From: a virus
Lineage: Duplodnaviria; Heunggongvirae; Uroviricota; Caudoviricetes
Reading direction: 5' to 3' (one strand)
Virus record (IMG/VR): IMGVR_UViG_3300039159_000198
DNA length: 64,000 bases
The notes under the pieces: generated by a model
Databases searched by the model: none
What the model was told of the DNA's origin: nothing
What the model saw: only the letters and a program-made list of their open reading frames with translations
Shown: positions 1-9,418 of the stretch, in pieces
How the letters are laid out: each line of letters begins with the position of its first letter
Position numbering within the stretch: position 1 is the first letter of the stretch
Position numbers and translations under genes: made by a program

Positions 1-192
1 TACCGTTCCAGAACGAAGACTTATGCGACTACCGCATTTTTTACACTGAAATTTAAGGTCGGTCTTCCTAAAATAATGTTCAGTATGTTCACATTTTTTA
101 CAAACGACGCCGAGTTGCAAACGTTGATTCTTAAATCCCTCAATTGAGGTAGTCTCGTCTGGATATTTTTCAAAAAATGCTCGTAAGTTCAT
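1..192 (-). mobile_element. IS1595-family transposase, N-terminal part (runs off the window edge)
   Basis: My translation of the minus strand from ATG at 192: MNLRAFFEKYPDETTSIEGFKNQRLQLGVVCKKCEHTEHYFRKTDLKFQCKKCGSRISLRSGTV. This has the CxxC...CxxC zinc ribbon and LRSGT typical of IS1595 transposases. Not in the supplied ORF track. Confidence 0.8.
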
Positions 193-391
193 TAGATTCG
201 CTTTAAAAATTCTTACTCAAAAATAGTCTTTTTTACTCAATGGTACAAATAACGGATAGTCATAAAAGGTAATAACACTGGATGGGAGGGAACATCAATT
301 GATAACTCAATTGAAGTAAAAATTGTTAAATCAATGTCCGACCAAGTATGGATTACAATTAACATGAAATTAGTAACAGTATTAGCAGAAT

Positions 392-1303
392 ATGATATTA
401 CAGAATAAAATAATTAAAATTAACTGTATTGAGGATATGAAAAATATACCTTCAAACAGTATTGACACAGTAGTTGCTGACCCCCCATATAATATTGGTA
501 AAGATTTTGGTAACAATTCTGATAAACAGGGTATGGAAGAATATATTAAATGGTCTTCTGAATGGATAGATGAATCATATCGTATATTAAAAGATGGTGG
601 TTCTTTATTTGTTTATGGGTTTAGTGAAATACTTGCTCACATTTTTGTAAATGTTCCGTACAATAAAAAATGGTTAGTATGGCATTATACTAATAAAACT
701 ACTCCATCATTAAAAGATTGGCAAAGAAGTCACGAATCAATAATTCATATATGGAAAGGTAATAAAAAAAATTTCAATTTAGACGATGTTCGTGAACCTT
801 ATACTGAGACATATTTAAAAAATGCTGCGGGTAAAACAAGAAAATCAACTAAAGGTCGATTTGGTTCTAAAGAAACTACCTACATAGCTAATGAACAAGG
901 AGCGTTACCTCGTGATGTGTTTAAAGTACCTGCTCTTGCTGGAGGTGATGGAGGTAATGAACGATGGTTTTATTGTAAAGATTGTGAAGACGCGTATCAC
1001 CCAAAAGAAAAGAAGAATCACGACGGACATGATTTTTTTACACATCCAACCCAAAAACCTTACGAGTTAACAAAAAAATTATTTTTATCGTCAATACCGA
1101 AAGATATTAAACCTAATATTATTGTTCCTTTTGCTGGCTCAGGTTCTGAGTTGGTCGTTGCTAGAGATTTAGGGTGTAATTATGAAGGGTATGAATTAAA
1201 TGAAGAATATGTTATTTTTGGTAACAAATGGATTGACAAAACTTTAATACTTTTAAAAAAAAAAATAAGACAGTTACTAACCCCGCCCCTCATCACTAAT
1301 TAA
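392..1303 (+). CDS. DNA methyltransferase, N4-C/N6-A, beta class
   Basis: DPPY catalytic motif near the N-terminus, HPTQKP, and PFAGSGS SAM-binding motif near the C-terminus; a CxxC/His insert precedes HPTQKP. Confidence 0.9.
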   Translation: MILQNKIIKINCIEDMKNIPSNSIDTVVADPPYNIGKDFGNNSDKQGMEEYIKWSSEWIDESYRILKDGGSLFVYGFSEILAHIFVNVPYNKKWLVWHYTNKTTPSLKDWQRSHESIIHIWKGNKKNFNLDDVREPYTETYLKNAAGKTRKSTKGRFGSKETTYIANEQGALPRDVFKVPALAGGDGGNERWFYCKDCEDAYHPKEKKNHDGHDFFTHPTQKPYELTKKLFLSSIPKDIKPNIIVPFAGSGSELVVARDLGCNYEGYELNEEYVIFGNKWIDKTLILLKKKIRQLLTPPLITN

Positions 1304-1316
1304 GGCGGGTTTTTTA
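1282..1316 (+). terminator. intrinsic terminator
   Basis: CCCGCC/GGCGGG stem followed by a T-run, overlapping the methyltransferase stop. Confidence 0.6.
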
Positions 1317-1369
1317 TTTGATTAACTTAAAAAAGTTTATTATAATTGTAGTCTAAATAAAATACTAAT

Positions 1370-1606
1370 ATGGAATTACAGCAACCAAAAATTAATTTAA
1401 GAGAGTGTCCAACGATAAAATGTGAATCTTGTGAAGGGATTTATTTTAGAGAGGTAATCTACATTAAACGAGTGCCAAAACTAATGACGGGTTCACCTGA
1501 AGATACGACCGTACCTCTGCCGATTTATAAATGTGATTCGTGTGGTCACATCAATGAAGGATTTAATCCATTTGATGAGATGAAAAAAACTTTAATAAAA
1601 GAATAA
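1370..1606 (+). CDS. small zinc-binding protein
   Basis: CESC...CDSC pair in a 78-aa ORF. Confidence 0.7.
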   Translation: MELQQPKINLRECPTIKCESCEGIYFREVIYIKRVPKLMTGSPEDTTVPLPIYKCDSCGHINEGFNPFDEMKKTLIKE

Positions 1607-2388
1607 TGATAAACAGAATAATACATTTCTCGGATTTACATCTAAAATTGTTCAAAGACCACGATTTATATCGTGGAATACTTGAAACAGCATTTAAAGA
1701 ATGGAAAACATTACAACCCGATAGAGTTGTGTTTAGTGGAGACCTTCTCCATAGTAAAAATCAATTAACTCCGGAAGCGATAGAAATATCATCTTGGGTT
1801 TTAACTGAATGTTCTAAAATTGCTAAAACAATATTAATTCCGGGAAATCATGATGCAAACTTAAAGAATGATGATAGGTTAGATAGTATAACACCAATAG
1901 TTAATAACTTAAATAATCCAAATATTGTTTATTATAAGGATAGAGGTATCTACGAAGATGAAAATGTTTCTTGGTGTGTATACTCACAATTTCAAGGAAA
2001 CATTCCTCCGGAGATTGACACGGCAACGGGATTTAAAATTGGGTTATTTCATGACCCGGTACAAGGGTTAACAACTGATTTAGGGTTTGACTTTGGTGAC
2101 CACGCTTATGATACTGAAAAATTTAATGGGCTAGACCTTGTTCTGTGTGGAGATATACACAAACGTGCTATTTTTAATATCCCAAATGGTAAAAGAGGAG
2201 TCATGATAGGTTCATTTTTGCAGCAGAATTTCGGTGAGAGTGTTGGTAAACACGGATATGGTGTTTATGATATTGATACTGATGAATACTCGTTTGTTGA
2301 TTTACCTAATTCTAAACCGTATCTAAAATTTTCGATAGACTCGTTTGATTGTATTGAGAAAGGAACTGAAAGACTCGTAAATTTATAA
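1606..2388 (+). CDS. calcineurin-like metallophosphoesterase, SbcD/Mre11/gp47-like nuclease subunit
   Basis: SDLH, GDLLH, GNHD and GDIH motifs; upstream of the SbcC-like gene. Confidence 0.85.
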   Translation: MINRIIHFSDLHLKLFKDHDLYRGILETAFKEWKTLQPDRVVFSGDLLHSKNQLTPEAIEISSWVLTECSKIAKTILIPGNHDANLKNDDRLDSITPIVNNLNNPNIVYYKDRGIYEDENVSWCVYSQFQGNIPPEIDTATGFKIGLFHDPVQGLTTDLGFDFGDHAYDTEKFNGLDLVLCGDIHKRAIFNIPNGKRGVMIGSFLQQNFGESVGKHGYGVYDIDTDEYSFVDLPNSKPYLKFSIDSFDCIEKGTERLVNL

Positions 2389-3270
2389 ATGGAATATAAA
2401 TTAAATCTTACTAGTACCGAGAATAAAGATTTGACAGGTTATTGTAATCTTAATGATTTACTTATAAGTGAAATTATTAAAAAGTCTTATTTAAATGGAT
2501 TTCGGATTGAGAAATACGGTCTCTTATCAGATTTAGGAAAAATAGGTACAACTCATGAAAAACCGGTGGAAATTGAGGTCATTCGGGAAAAACGGGTAGA
2601 AGTTCCGGTTGAAGTGGTTAAAGAAGTTGTTAAGATTGAATATGTTGAGGTAATCAAAGAGGTTGAAAAAATAGTTGAGGTTATCCGGGAAGTTCCGGCA
2701 ACGCCAATTGAGATAGAAGTCATCAAATACGTTGATAGAGAGGTTATTAAAGAGGTGATTGTGGAAGTTCCTGTCTCAAATATAGAATATATTTACGACA
2801 AAAAAGAGGATGAAGTTGTAACAAATTTAGACAATATTTGTTACAAACCGGAAATAAATATTGATGACATAATTTTCCAACATAATGAGGAAATTAATGA
2901 TATTCGGTCAAAATTTTCCACTAAAGAGGAAGAAATGGTAAAAATTTTCCAGCAAGAGAAAGAAAAGGTTGACGAACTGTTGTTAAAAATACAACAGTTG
3001 GAAAATCAACCATCCAAAATAGTCGAAACAATTAAAGAGGTGATTGTGGAAAAGGAGGTTATAAAAGAAACCACTGATGATAAATTAAAACCTAAGTTGA
3101 ATGCTCTTCAAAATACGGTTCAAAAGTTAAAACTTGATAATATTGAAAAAGACAAGTTGATTAAAGAATATGAGAAAACAATTCAAGATATACAAAAGTT
3201 TAACGAAGGAACAAAAGCGATGTATATGAAAGGTTCCAATTTGGATGATGGACTTTATAAAAATAAATAA
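2389..3270 (+). CDS. hypothetical protein with V/I/E/K-rich repeats and coiled coil
   Basis: repeated EVIKEV/EVPVEV tracts; 293-aa ORF in operon context. Confidence 0.75.
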   Translation: MEYKLNLTSTENKDLTGYCNLNDLLISEIIKKSYLNGFRIEKYGLLSDLGKIGTTHEKPVEIEVIREKRVEVPVEVVKEVVKIEYVEVIKEVEKIVEVIREVPATPIEIEVIKYVDREVIKEVIVEVPVSNIEYIYDKKEDEVVTNLDNICYKPEINIDDIIFQHNEEINDIRSKFSTKEEEMVKIFQQEKEKVDELLLKIQQLENQPSKIVETIKEVIVEKEVIKETTDDKLKPKLNALQNTVQKLKLDNIEKDKLIKEYEKTIQDIQKFNEGTKAMYMKGSNLDDGLYKNK

Positions 3271-3291
3271 TTAAAAAAAAAATAGAAAAAT

Positions 3292-3639
3292 ATGACACAA
3301 TTAATATTATGGATGATTATTACTTACGGGTTAAGTAATATTGTGGTTTATGGGAGTATTTTCAATGGACCAAGAAATACAATAAAAAAATGGGGAGAAA
3401 ATGAGAAATATCCGTTTAGTGATTTTGGTAAATTCTTAACAAATATGATGGCATGTATGATGTGTTTTGGGTTTCATTGTGGGTGGTTTTTATCAATTTC
3501 GATATATTCACCTGTACACGAAATTCTTGGAGTATCTTCATGGTCATCTTGGTTTTTTGATGGGTTCTTGGCATCAGGAGCCGCTTGGATTATAAACTCA
3601 ATTGTAGAATGGTTTGAAGAAAATAGACCAACAAAATAA
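3292..3639 (+). CDS. membrane protein (possibly DUF1360-like)
   Basis: three hydrophobic segments and a CMMC motif. Confidence 0.65.
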   Translation: MTQLILWMIITYGLSNIVVYGSIFNGPRNTIKKWGENEKYPFSDFGKFLTNMMACMMCFGFHCGWFLSISIYSPVHEILGVSSWSSWFFDGFLASGAAWIINSIVEWFEENRPTK

Positions 3640-3640
3640 T

Positions 3641-4204
3641 ATGGAAAATAAGATAGGAGATTTTATTATTAAACAAATTGAGGATAAGAAGACTCAACGA
3701 TGGATTATCTCAAGTGATGACTTATTCACACTTTGTGGTAATATGGGTATTATTGATGACGATGACCTTATGATAAATGTTGTTGAGCACTTGGAAGAAA
3801 ATGAAATTGATGTGAATTTCCACGGTCAGAAATCTCCCGGTTTTTATCGTAGATGGAATGAAATTGAAAAGATGATTCTTTTTAAGAAAATAATGGATGG
3901 TACTAAAACAGAAACTCAATTAATGATGGAAAAAGTTGATTCTATCAAAGTTCCTGAAAGACCGGATTGGTTGAACTCTTATATGGACGATGAAGAGGTT
4001 AATGACGAAAGAATTATAACTGGTACAACTGAAAAACCAAATCAAAGAATTCTTGATATGATAACTAAAGAATTGACTGAAAGAATTAATAATGAACCGG
4101 GAATAACGATTGAGGAACTTCAACAAGAAATAAACAACGAAATGAATATTAATAATGGTAGAAATTCTGTGGGTAATATTCGTCATGTGTTAGGGTTAAT
4201 ATAA
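3641..4204 (+). CDS. hypothetical protein
   Basis: ATG at 3641 directly follows the upstream stop at 3639; in frame with track ORF 3614..4204. Confidence 0.7.
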   Translation: MENKIGDFIIKQIEDKKTQRWIISSDDLFTLCGNMGIIDDDDLMINVVEHLEENEIDVNFHGQKSPGFYRRWNEIEKMILFKKIMDGTKTETQLMMEKVDSIKVPERPDWLNSYMDDEEVNDERIITGTTEKPNQRILDMITKELTERINNEPGITIEELQQEINNEMNINNGRNSVGNIRHVLGLI

Positions 4205-4235
4205 AAAAACAAATAAAAATTAAATAAATTAAATT

Positions 4236-4430
4236 ATGCCAACATCGAAAAAAAGAGGAGGAACTAAAACTCACGCAAAGAAAGTTCAACACAGAAACAA
4301 GACAATTAGAGGTCAGAAAAACTCATTCCAAAAAATTATGAATGAGCAAATGGAAGAATTAAAAAGAAAATACACCGAAGCTCAAGCTCAAAGCGGAATG
4401 ACTGAAAACGCCGAGGTAGTATCTCAATAA
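4236..4430 (+). CDS. small basic protein
   Basis: 64 aa, K/R-rich N-terminus, operon context. Confidence 0.65.
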   Translation: MPTSKKRGGTKTHAKKVQHRNKTIRGQKNSFQKIMNEQMEELKRKYTEAQAQSGMTENAEVVSQ

Positions 4431-4434
4431 TAAA

Positions 4435-5046
4435 ATGATGGATTTATTTAATCCTCCACCAATTTTTAATTTAAAAGAAATGAAACACAATTTAGATGTG
4501 GATACATTGGATAATGCGTATATTCAAGTTGTTTGGGAAGATACTCCCGAAAACTTTACGCAAGAAAGAATAAAGTCCGTAAAACAATATTTCACTAAGA
4601 AATACAATTCAACCAACGTAAATGTTATTACAAAGGTTAAAACTAGTGAAGAGACCCAACAAACTATTGATGTGTCTGTTAATATCATGGATAAGAACTA
4701 TCAAAAAGAACTTATCAAATCGTTACTTGAGAGTAAAGGTCAAGACCAATATTTGGACCAAGTGATTGGTATTGATTATATGGTTGAGAATAGAATGGCG
4801 GCGAATGATGTTGAGGTTACACCATTCAAAAAGTGGTACATTAAAAAAATTGAGTTTAGTAACTTCTTATCTTATGGGGAGAACCAAGTGATTGATTTTG
4901 ATAAGTGTGATGGTATTACTGTGGTTGAATCAAATCCACCAAATTTTGGAGGGAAATGTATTAGGTATGATACTGAGATTGAAATCGAATATAATATTGA
5001 TTATATAGTTAATAAGTTAGGTTTTTTACCTGATGAGTTAAAATAA
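4435..5046 (+). CDS. SbcC/Rad50/gp46-like ATPase, N-terminal fragment fused to split-intein IntN
   Basis: IKKIEFSNFLSYGENQVIDFD is an SMC-family N-terminus; Walker A NPPNFGGK is interrupted by intein Cys1. Confidence 0.9.
   Translation: MMDLFNPPPIFNLKEMKHNLDVDTLDNAYIQVVWEDTPENFTQERIKSVKQYFTKKYNSTNVNVITKVKTSEETQQTIDVSVNIMDKNYQKELIKSLLESKGQDQYLDQVIGIDYMVENRMAANDVEVTPFKKWYIKKIEFSNFLSYGENQVIDFDKCDGITVVESNPPNFGGKCIRYDTEIEIEYNIDYIVNKLGFLPDELK
4957..5043 (+). mobile_element. split intein N-fragment (29 aa)
   Basis: CIRYDTEIEIEY resembles intein block A; begins immediately after GGK and ends at stop 5044-5046. Confidence 0.85.
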
Positions 5047-5162
5047 AAATTGCTGAAGATAACGGATACAAAGTTTTAACTATTTGGGATTCTGAATATA
5101 GATGGGGAAATAAAGAAAAAGTTATAAAAAAATGTTTAAAGTTTTTAAAAAATGAAAATTAA
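5046..5162 (+). pseudogene. C-terminal remnant of a Vsr/DUF559-like homing endonuclease
   Basis: Frame from 5046 reads KIAEDNGYKVLTIWDSEYRWGNKEKVIKKCLKFLKNEN*, matching the GYKVLxIWxxE tail of Vsr-like nucleases; no start codon. Confidence 0.7.
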
Positions 5163-5517
5163 AATTGGGGAATTGTATGAAATTTACCAAAAATATGGTG
5201 ATTTAGGGTTTAAAGTTAATACACCATATGGGTATAAGAATATTGAATGGTGTGGTATCACAGAAAAAAATGCGGACATTTATAGGTGTGATTTGGAAAA
5301 CGGTATGTTTATTGAGGGTGCGGATTACCATAAATTAAAAAAAAATAATGATGGATTTACCGTTCTTAAAGAGCTCCAAATAGGAGAAAAAATACAAACA
5401 ATCGAAGGTTTAAGTTCAGTTAAAAACATTCAACTATTAGAAGAGAAAGACACTTTATATGATATTCAGGTAGAGGAGGTTCATCAATATTATTCTAATG
5501 GGATTGTATCACATAAT
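5152..5517 (+). mobile_element. split intein C-fragment (122 aa, no endonuclease domain)
   Basis: IEGADYHKL is block-B-like; block F/G ends His-Asn followed by Thr at 5518. Confidence 0.88.
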
Positions 5518-7371
5518 ACAGTTTTAACAGTCGATTTATTATTATTCCTATTCTTTAATACTACAACCAAAACACAAAGGGCTGAAGAAATTTTTAACAG
5601 ATTTACAGATAAGAATAAAGTAAGTGTTCGTGGAGAAATTTTAATTGATGGTGAGGAGTATATTATTGCTCGTCAAATTGAAAGAAAGATGTCCAAGTCC
5701 GGTGAATGGAATGTGAAAACAGAGTTGGAGTTCTTTAAACGATTATCTGACGGACAACTTCAAAATTTCACCGGAGAACAAAGACGGGAAACAGAAAACT
5801 TTATGAAGAAATCTATAGGTACTATGGATGACTTTTTAATGACCATTGTTACCACAGCGTCAAATCTTGAGGATTTATTGGATGCGAAACCAACTGCCAG
5901 AGGTCAGGTATTATCTAGGTTCTTAGGTTTGGAGTTTTTAAAGAAGAAAGAGGAAACCGGAAAAGAAATCTACTCAGAGTTCTCAAAGGGGATGATATCT
6001 AACATTTATAATACGGAAACCTTAAAACAAGAAAACGAAACCTCAACAACTGATATTGGAAGGTTAAAGGGTGAGATTACTGTGGCGGGTGATAATATCA
6101 CCGAGGTTGACCTATCTCTTAAAAAAGGTCAGGAATATAAGGAGGGGTTATTAAATTCAAAACATAGTGATTTACCTCAGGAACTTATTATTTTGAATCC
6201 GGACAAACTAAAGGAGGAAATTAATACTTATGTTACCAACAGTAAAACGATTCAAGTACAAATTGATAGTGTAAAAATTGTTGAACCAAGTGGGTTTTAT
6301 CATGAGGACAAACATGATGAGGTTAAAGAATTATTAACTAATCATAAAATTCAATTGGGTAATGTGACTCATAAGGTTGGTGAAATTGACTTAATGGTTA
6401 AAAAGTTTGGAGATGGTATTGAGTGTGAGCATTGTGGAATAAAATTGATGGATGCTGCTATCACCAAAAAGAAGATTAGTGAACTTGCGGGATTAAAAGA
6501 AGAGGTTAATATTCATAATAACTTGATTACAGAGTTAGACACTGAAGAAAAAACTTATGTCCAACTGAAAAAAGAGTTTGATGAGTATGAAAGAAACAAA
6601 CTTATCAAGGAGAAGTACGAGGTGTCTTTGGAGTCAAATGGGTTGAAATTAGACGCGGTAAGGTCTAAACTAACAAGATATGAGGAAGTTCAGGATAAGA
6701 TTAAACAGAACAACGATATTGAGACCAAATTGATTAAATCTAATCTTCGTATTGACGAGTTAATCAGTCAAAAACGAGGGTATGAGAGAATTCAAAGTGC
6801 CAATCAAAACCAAATTGATAATTTGATTGCTCGTATTGAAAAAAATAATGGTTTTGTATTGAAAATTGATGAGGAGTTTGAAAAAGAAAAAATCTATAAA
6901 ATCTATAACGAGATTTATGGCAAGAATGGAATTAGTAAAATAATCATGAAAACGATGATGCCCGTGATTAACTCGGAACTTCAAAGGTTACTTCAGGATT
7001 CCTGTTATTTTAACTTGGAGATTCGTATTAATGATAAGAATGAGGTTGAATTTATTATGGTTGATAACTCAACAGGTATTGAGAAATTAATGATGTCAGG
7101 TTCCGGATATGAAAGAACAATTGCATCACTGGCTCTTAGGGCGGTATTAACCAAGGTTTGTTCATTACCAAAACCAAACTTGGTGGCGTTCGACGAAGTA
7201 TTTTCAAAAATTAGTAATGATAATCTCGAAATGGTTGGGGAGTTTTTTAGTAAGTTAAAAGATTATTTTCCAAAAATATTTGTTATTACTCATAACCCGT
7301 TGGTTGGGAATTGGGCGAATAACATTGTCAAGATTACTAAAACCGATAATGTTTCAAAAGTCTCACAATAA
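5152..7371 (+). CDS. split-intein IntC fused to the SbcC/Rad50/gp46-like ATPase C-terminal part
   Basis: Intein end YDIQVEEVHQYYSNGIVSHN then +1 Thr; coiled coil; CEHC zinc hook; MSGSGYE signature; AFDEVF Walker B; ITH switch. Confidence 0.92.
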   Translation: MKIKIGELYEIYQKYGDLGFKVNTPYGYKNIEWCGITEKNADIYRCDLENGMFIEGADYHKLKKNNDGFTVLKELQIGEKIQTIEGLSSVKNIQLLEEKDTLYDIQVEEVHQYYSNGIVSHNTVLTVDLLLFLFFNTTTKTQRAEEIFNRFTDKNKVSVRGEILIDGEEYIIARQIERKMSKSGEWNVKTELEFFKRLSDGQLQNFTGEQRRETENFMKKSIGTMDDFLMTIVTTASNLEDLLDAKPTARGQVLSRFLGLEFLKKKEETGKEIYSEFSKGMISNIYNTETLKQENETSTTDIGRLKGEITVAGDNITEVDLSLKKGQEYKEGLLNSKHSDLPQELIILNPDKLKEEINTYVTNSKTIQVQIDSVKIVEPSGFYHEDKHDEVKELLTNHKIQLGNVTHKVGEIDLMVKKFGDGIECEHCGIKLMDAAITKKKISELAGLKEEVNIHNNLITELDTEEKTYVQLKKEFDEYERNKLIKEKYEVSLESNGLKLDAVRSKLTRYEEVQDKIKQNNDIETKLIKSNLRIDELISQKRGYERIQSANQNQIDNLIARIEKNNGFVLKIDEEFEKEKIYKIYNEIYGKNGISKIIMKTMMPVINSELQRLLQDSCYFNLEIRINDKNEVEFIMVDNSTGIEKLMMSGSGYERTIASLALRAVLTKVCSLPKPNLVAFDEVFSKISNDNLEMVGEFFSKLKDYFPKIFVITHNPLVGNWANNIVKITKTDNVSKVSQ

Positions 7372-7422
7372 AAAGTGAGATTTTTTTTTGACTAATTAAT
7401 TTAAATTTTGTACTATTATAAT

Positions 7423-7950
7423 ATGAGACAACTTAATTATACAAGAAAAGGAGAGGTCCATACTCCCCGCCTTTTCTGGAGAACTGATGATAAGACCACG
7501 GTTGCGATTTATCAGGGAATGAGAGGGGACAATCCGGAACTTGATTTTATTGTAAAATACAAGGAGGAGGGAAAGAGATTGAGAACACCATCTCACACTC
7601 ATTGGATTGTTGATTTATTAGTTAAGGCTGAGTATGACAAAGAGTTGTTATTGTCTTATGTGAATAATTTGATTGAATTATATGATAATACAATTCCATT
7701 TACTAATTTGGAAGAAAGAGATGGTTATGAGTTAAGGTACAATAATATATTGAATTTACGTTATAATGACTTGAATGCTCACGGGTATTATACCATTTCA
7801 ACACTAACATCGTTCATTGAATTATTTTCTTTATGTGAGAAACAAACTAGTGGAGCGTTCATGTTCAAAGGGTTACTGACGTTAGTAAAAGAATATTGTG
7901 AAGGGAAGAAAGATTTTTACCAAATTGTTGGTTATTCCAAAAGAGTTTAA
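7423..7950 (+). CDS. hypothetical protein
   Basis: ATG at 7423, in frame with track ORF 7408..7950. Confidence 0.7.
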   Translation: MRQLNYTRKGEVHTPRLFWRTDDKTTVAIYQGMRGDNPELDFIVKYKEEGKRLRTPSHTHWIVDLLVKAEYDKELLLSYVNNLIELYDNTIPFTNLEERDGYELRYNNILNLRYNDLNAHGYYTISTLTSFIELFSLCEKQTSGAFMFKGLLTLVKEYCEGKKDFYQIVGYSKRV

Positions 7951-7951
7951 T

Positions 7952-7959
7952 TACCTTTG
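7952..7959 (+). promoter_or_regulatory. Bacteroidota-type -7 promoter element
   Basis: TACCTTTG upstream of the ORF at 7987. Confidence 0.5.
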
Positions 7960-7986
7960 TAGAGTAATAATTAAAAAAAAACATAT

Positions 7987-8577
7987 ATGAATTACTATTT
8001 GTTATCACTTATGAGTGATTTGGGTTCGGAGAATTTTTGTAAACAAATTGCGGTTTCTCTTAACTCTGTTGTTGACGGTCCTCGTTTAAAATTTTATTAC
8101 AGTGGAGACTTTATGGTTTTTTCATTTGCAAGTAAAACTGGTAAAAAAGAACTTTATAAATATTTTAAAAAGAATCTTTTTGATAATATTAATGTTTTTA
8201 TTTTAACCAAAGTTGAGGATGATTATTCATTCCATTTTTCTCAATATATTGAGAAGGATTTATTGATTGTACGTAATGAAGGTGACGACTTGGAGATGGC
8301 AATGGATATGGTGAGAATCCAAAATAATTTAAAATCAAATGATGATGAATTTAATTTGAGGTATGAGGATTTAAATGAGGATGACTTTTATCTATATGAT
8401 GAAGATGAGGATAATGATGAGTTTATTCATAATCTTCGTGAAAAGTTAATGAATGATATTATGATGAGTTATCCTACACCAACTTTGAATGAAATATTAG
8501 ATAAGATAAGTGTGGGTGGTGTAGAATCTTTAAATGAAGTTGAAAAAGTTGAATTGTATAACTATAGTCAAAAATAA
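7987..8577 (+). CDS. hypothetical acidic protein with a C-terminal LNEILDKIS..GVESL motif (DUF6576-like)
   Basis: C-terminal motif recognised by eye. Confidence 0.65.
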   Translation: MNYYLLSLMSDLGSENFCKQIAVSLNSVVDGPRLKFYYSGDFMVFSFASKTGKKELYKYFKKNLFDNINVFILTKVEDDYSFHFSQYIEKDLLIVRNEGDDLEMAMDMVRIQNNLKSNDDEFNLRYEDLNEDDFYLYDEDEDNDEFIHNLREKLMNDIMMSYPTPTLNEILDKISVGGVESLNEVEKVELYNYSQK

Positions 8578-8580
8578 AAT

Positions 8581-9378
8581 ATGAAAGAAAAGTTGGGAAT
8601 GCCAATCAATCAAGATGAAATTAGTCATTATCTTAAAGATATTCGTAAGATAAAAGTTATGACACCTGAAAGAGAAAGACAATTGTCTGAAAGAATGTTA
8701 TCTAATGACATTACTAAAACTGAGGTGAAAAAAATCCAAAAAGAATTATTGGAAGGTAATTTAAGATTTGTTATTACAGTTGCGAAGCAATATCAAAATC
8801 AGGGATTGGATTTTCCGGATTTGGTTGCGGAGGGTAATCTTGGATTAATGAAAGCCATTGACAATTTTGATTGGTCTAAAAAGTTAAGGTTTATATCTTA
8901 TGCTGTTTGGTGGGTGAGACAGACTATTTTACAATCTCTAAATGAGAATGCTCGTACTATTCGACTACCAGTTAATGTGGTTCAGGAGTTACAGAGAGCC
9001 AAAAAAGAGTTGGAGAAAGGTGGAGCTGAGTTGCCGGGTAAATTTGCTACTTTACCTTATACCATTAATTTGGATAAACCTCTAAATGAGGAAGGTGATA
9101 CGTTGGTTGATATATTAAACAATCCTAATGCTGAATTACCGGATGCTGGACTATCAAGTGAAGATACGTTAAAAGACAAATTACTTGATATGTTGAATGT
9201 GTTAGACGAGAGGGAAAAAATAATTATTCAAGATTATTTTGGTTTATCAGGGTCTACAAGAACTCTTGAGGATATTGGTGGTGATTTTAATTTAACTAAA
9301 GAAAGAGTACGACAAGTGAAAGAAAAATCTCTTAGAAAATTACGAAATCATTGTGCCGATTTATTTGATTATATGTAA
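8581..9378 (+). CDS. RNA polymerase sigma-70 factor, RpoD-like without region 1.1
   Basis: NLRFVITVAKQY, EGNLGLMKA, RFISYAVWWVRQ (region 2); TLEDIG...LTKERVRQ (region 4). Confidence 0.95.
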   Translation: MKEKLGMPINQDEISHYLKDIRKIKVMTPERERQLSERMLSNDITKTEVKKIQKELLEGNLRFVITVAKQYQNQGLDFPDLVAEGNLGLMKAIDNFDWSKKLRFISYAVWWVRQTILQSLNENARTIRLPVNVVQELQRAKKELEKGGAELPGKFATLPYTINLDKPLNEEGDTLVDILNNPNAELPDAGLSSEDTLKDKLLDMLNVLDEREKIIIQDYFGLSGSTRTLEDIGGDFNLTKERVRQVKEKSLRKLRNHCADLFDYM

Positions 9379-9418
9379 TTTAATTTGTCTTTTTCGTTCT
9401 TTGGTGATATTTATAGAT

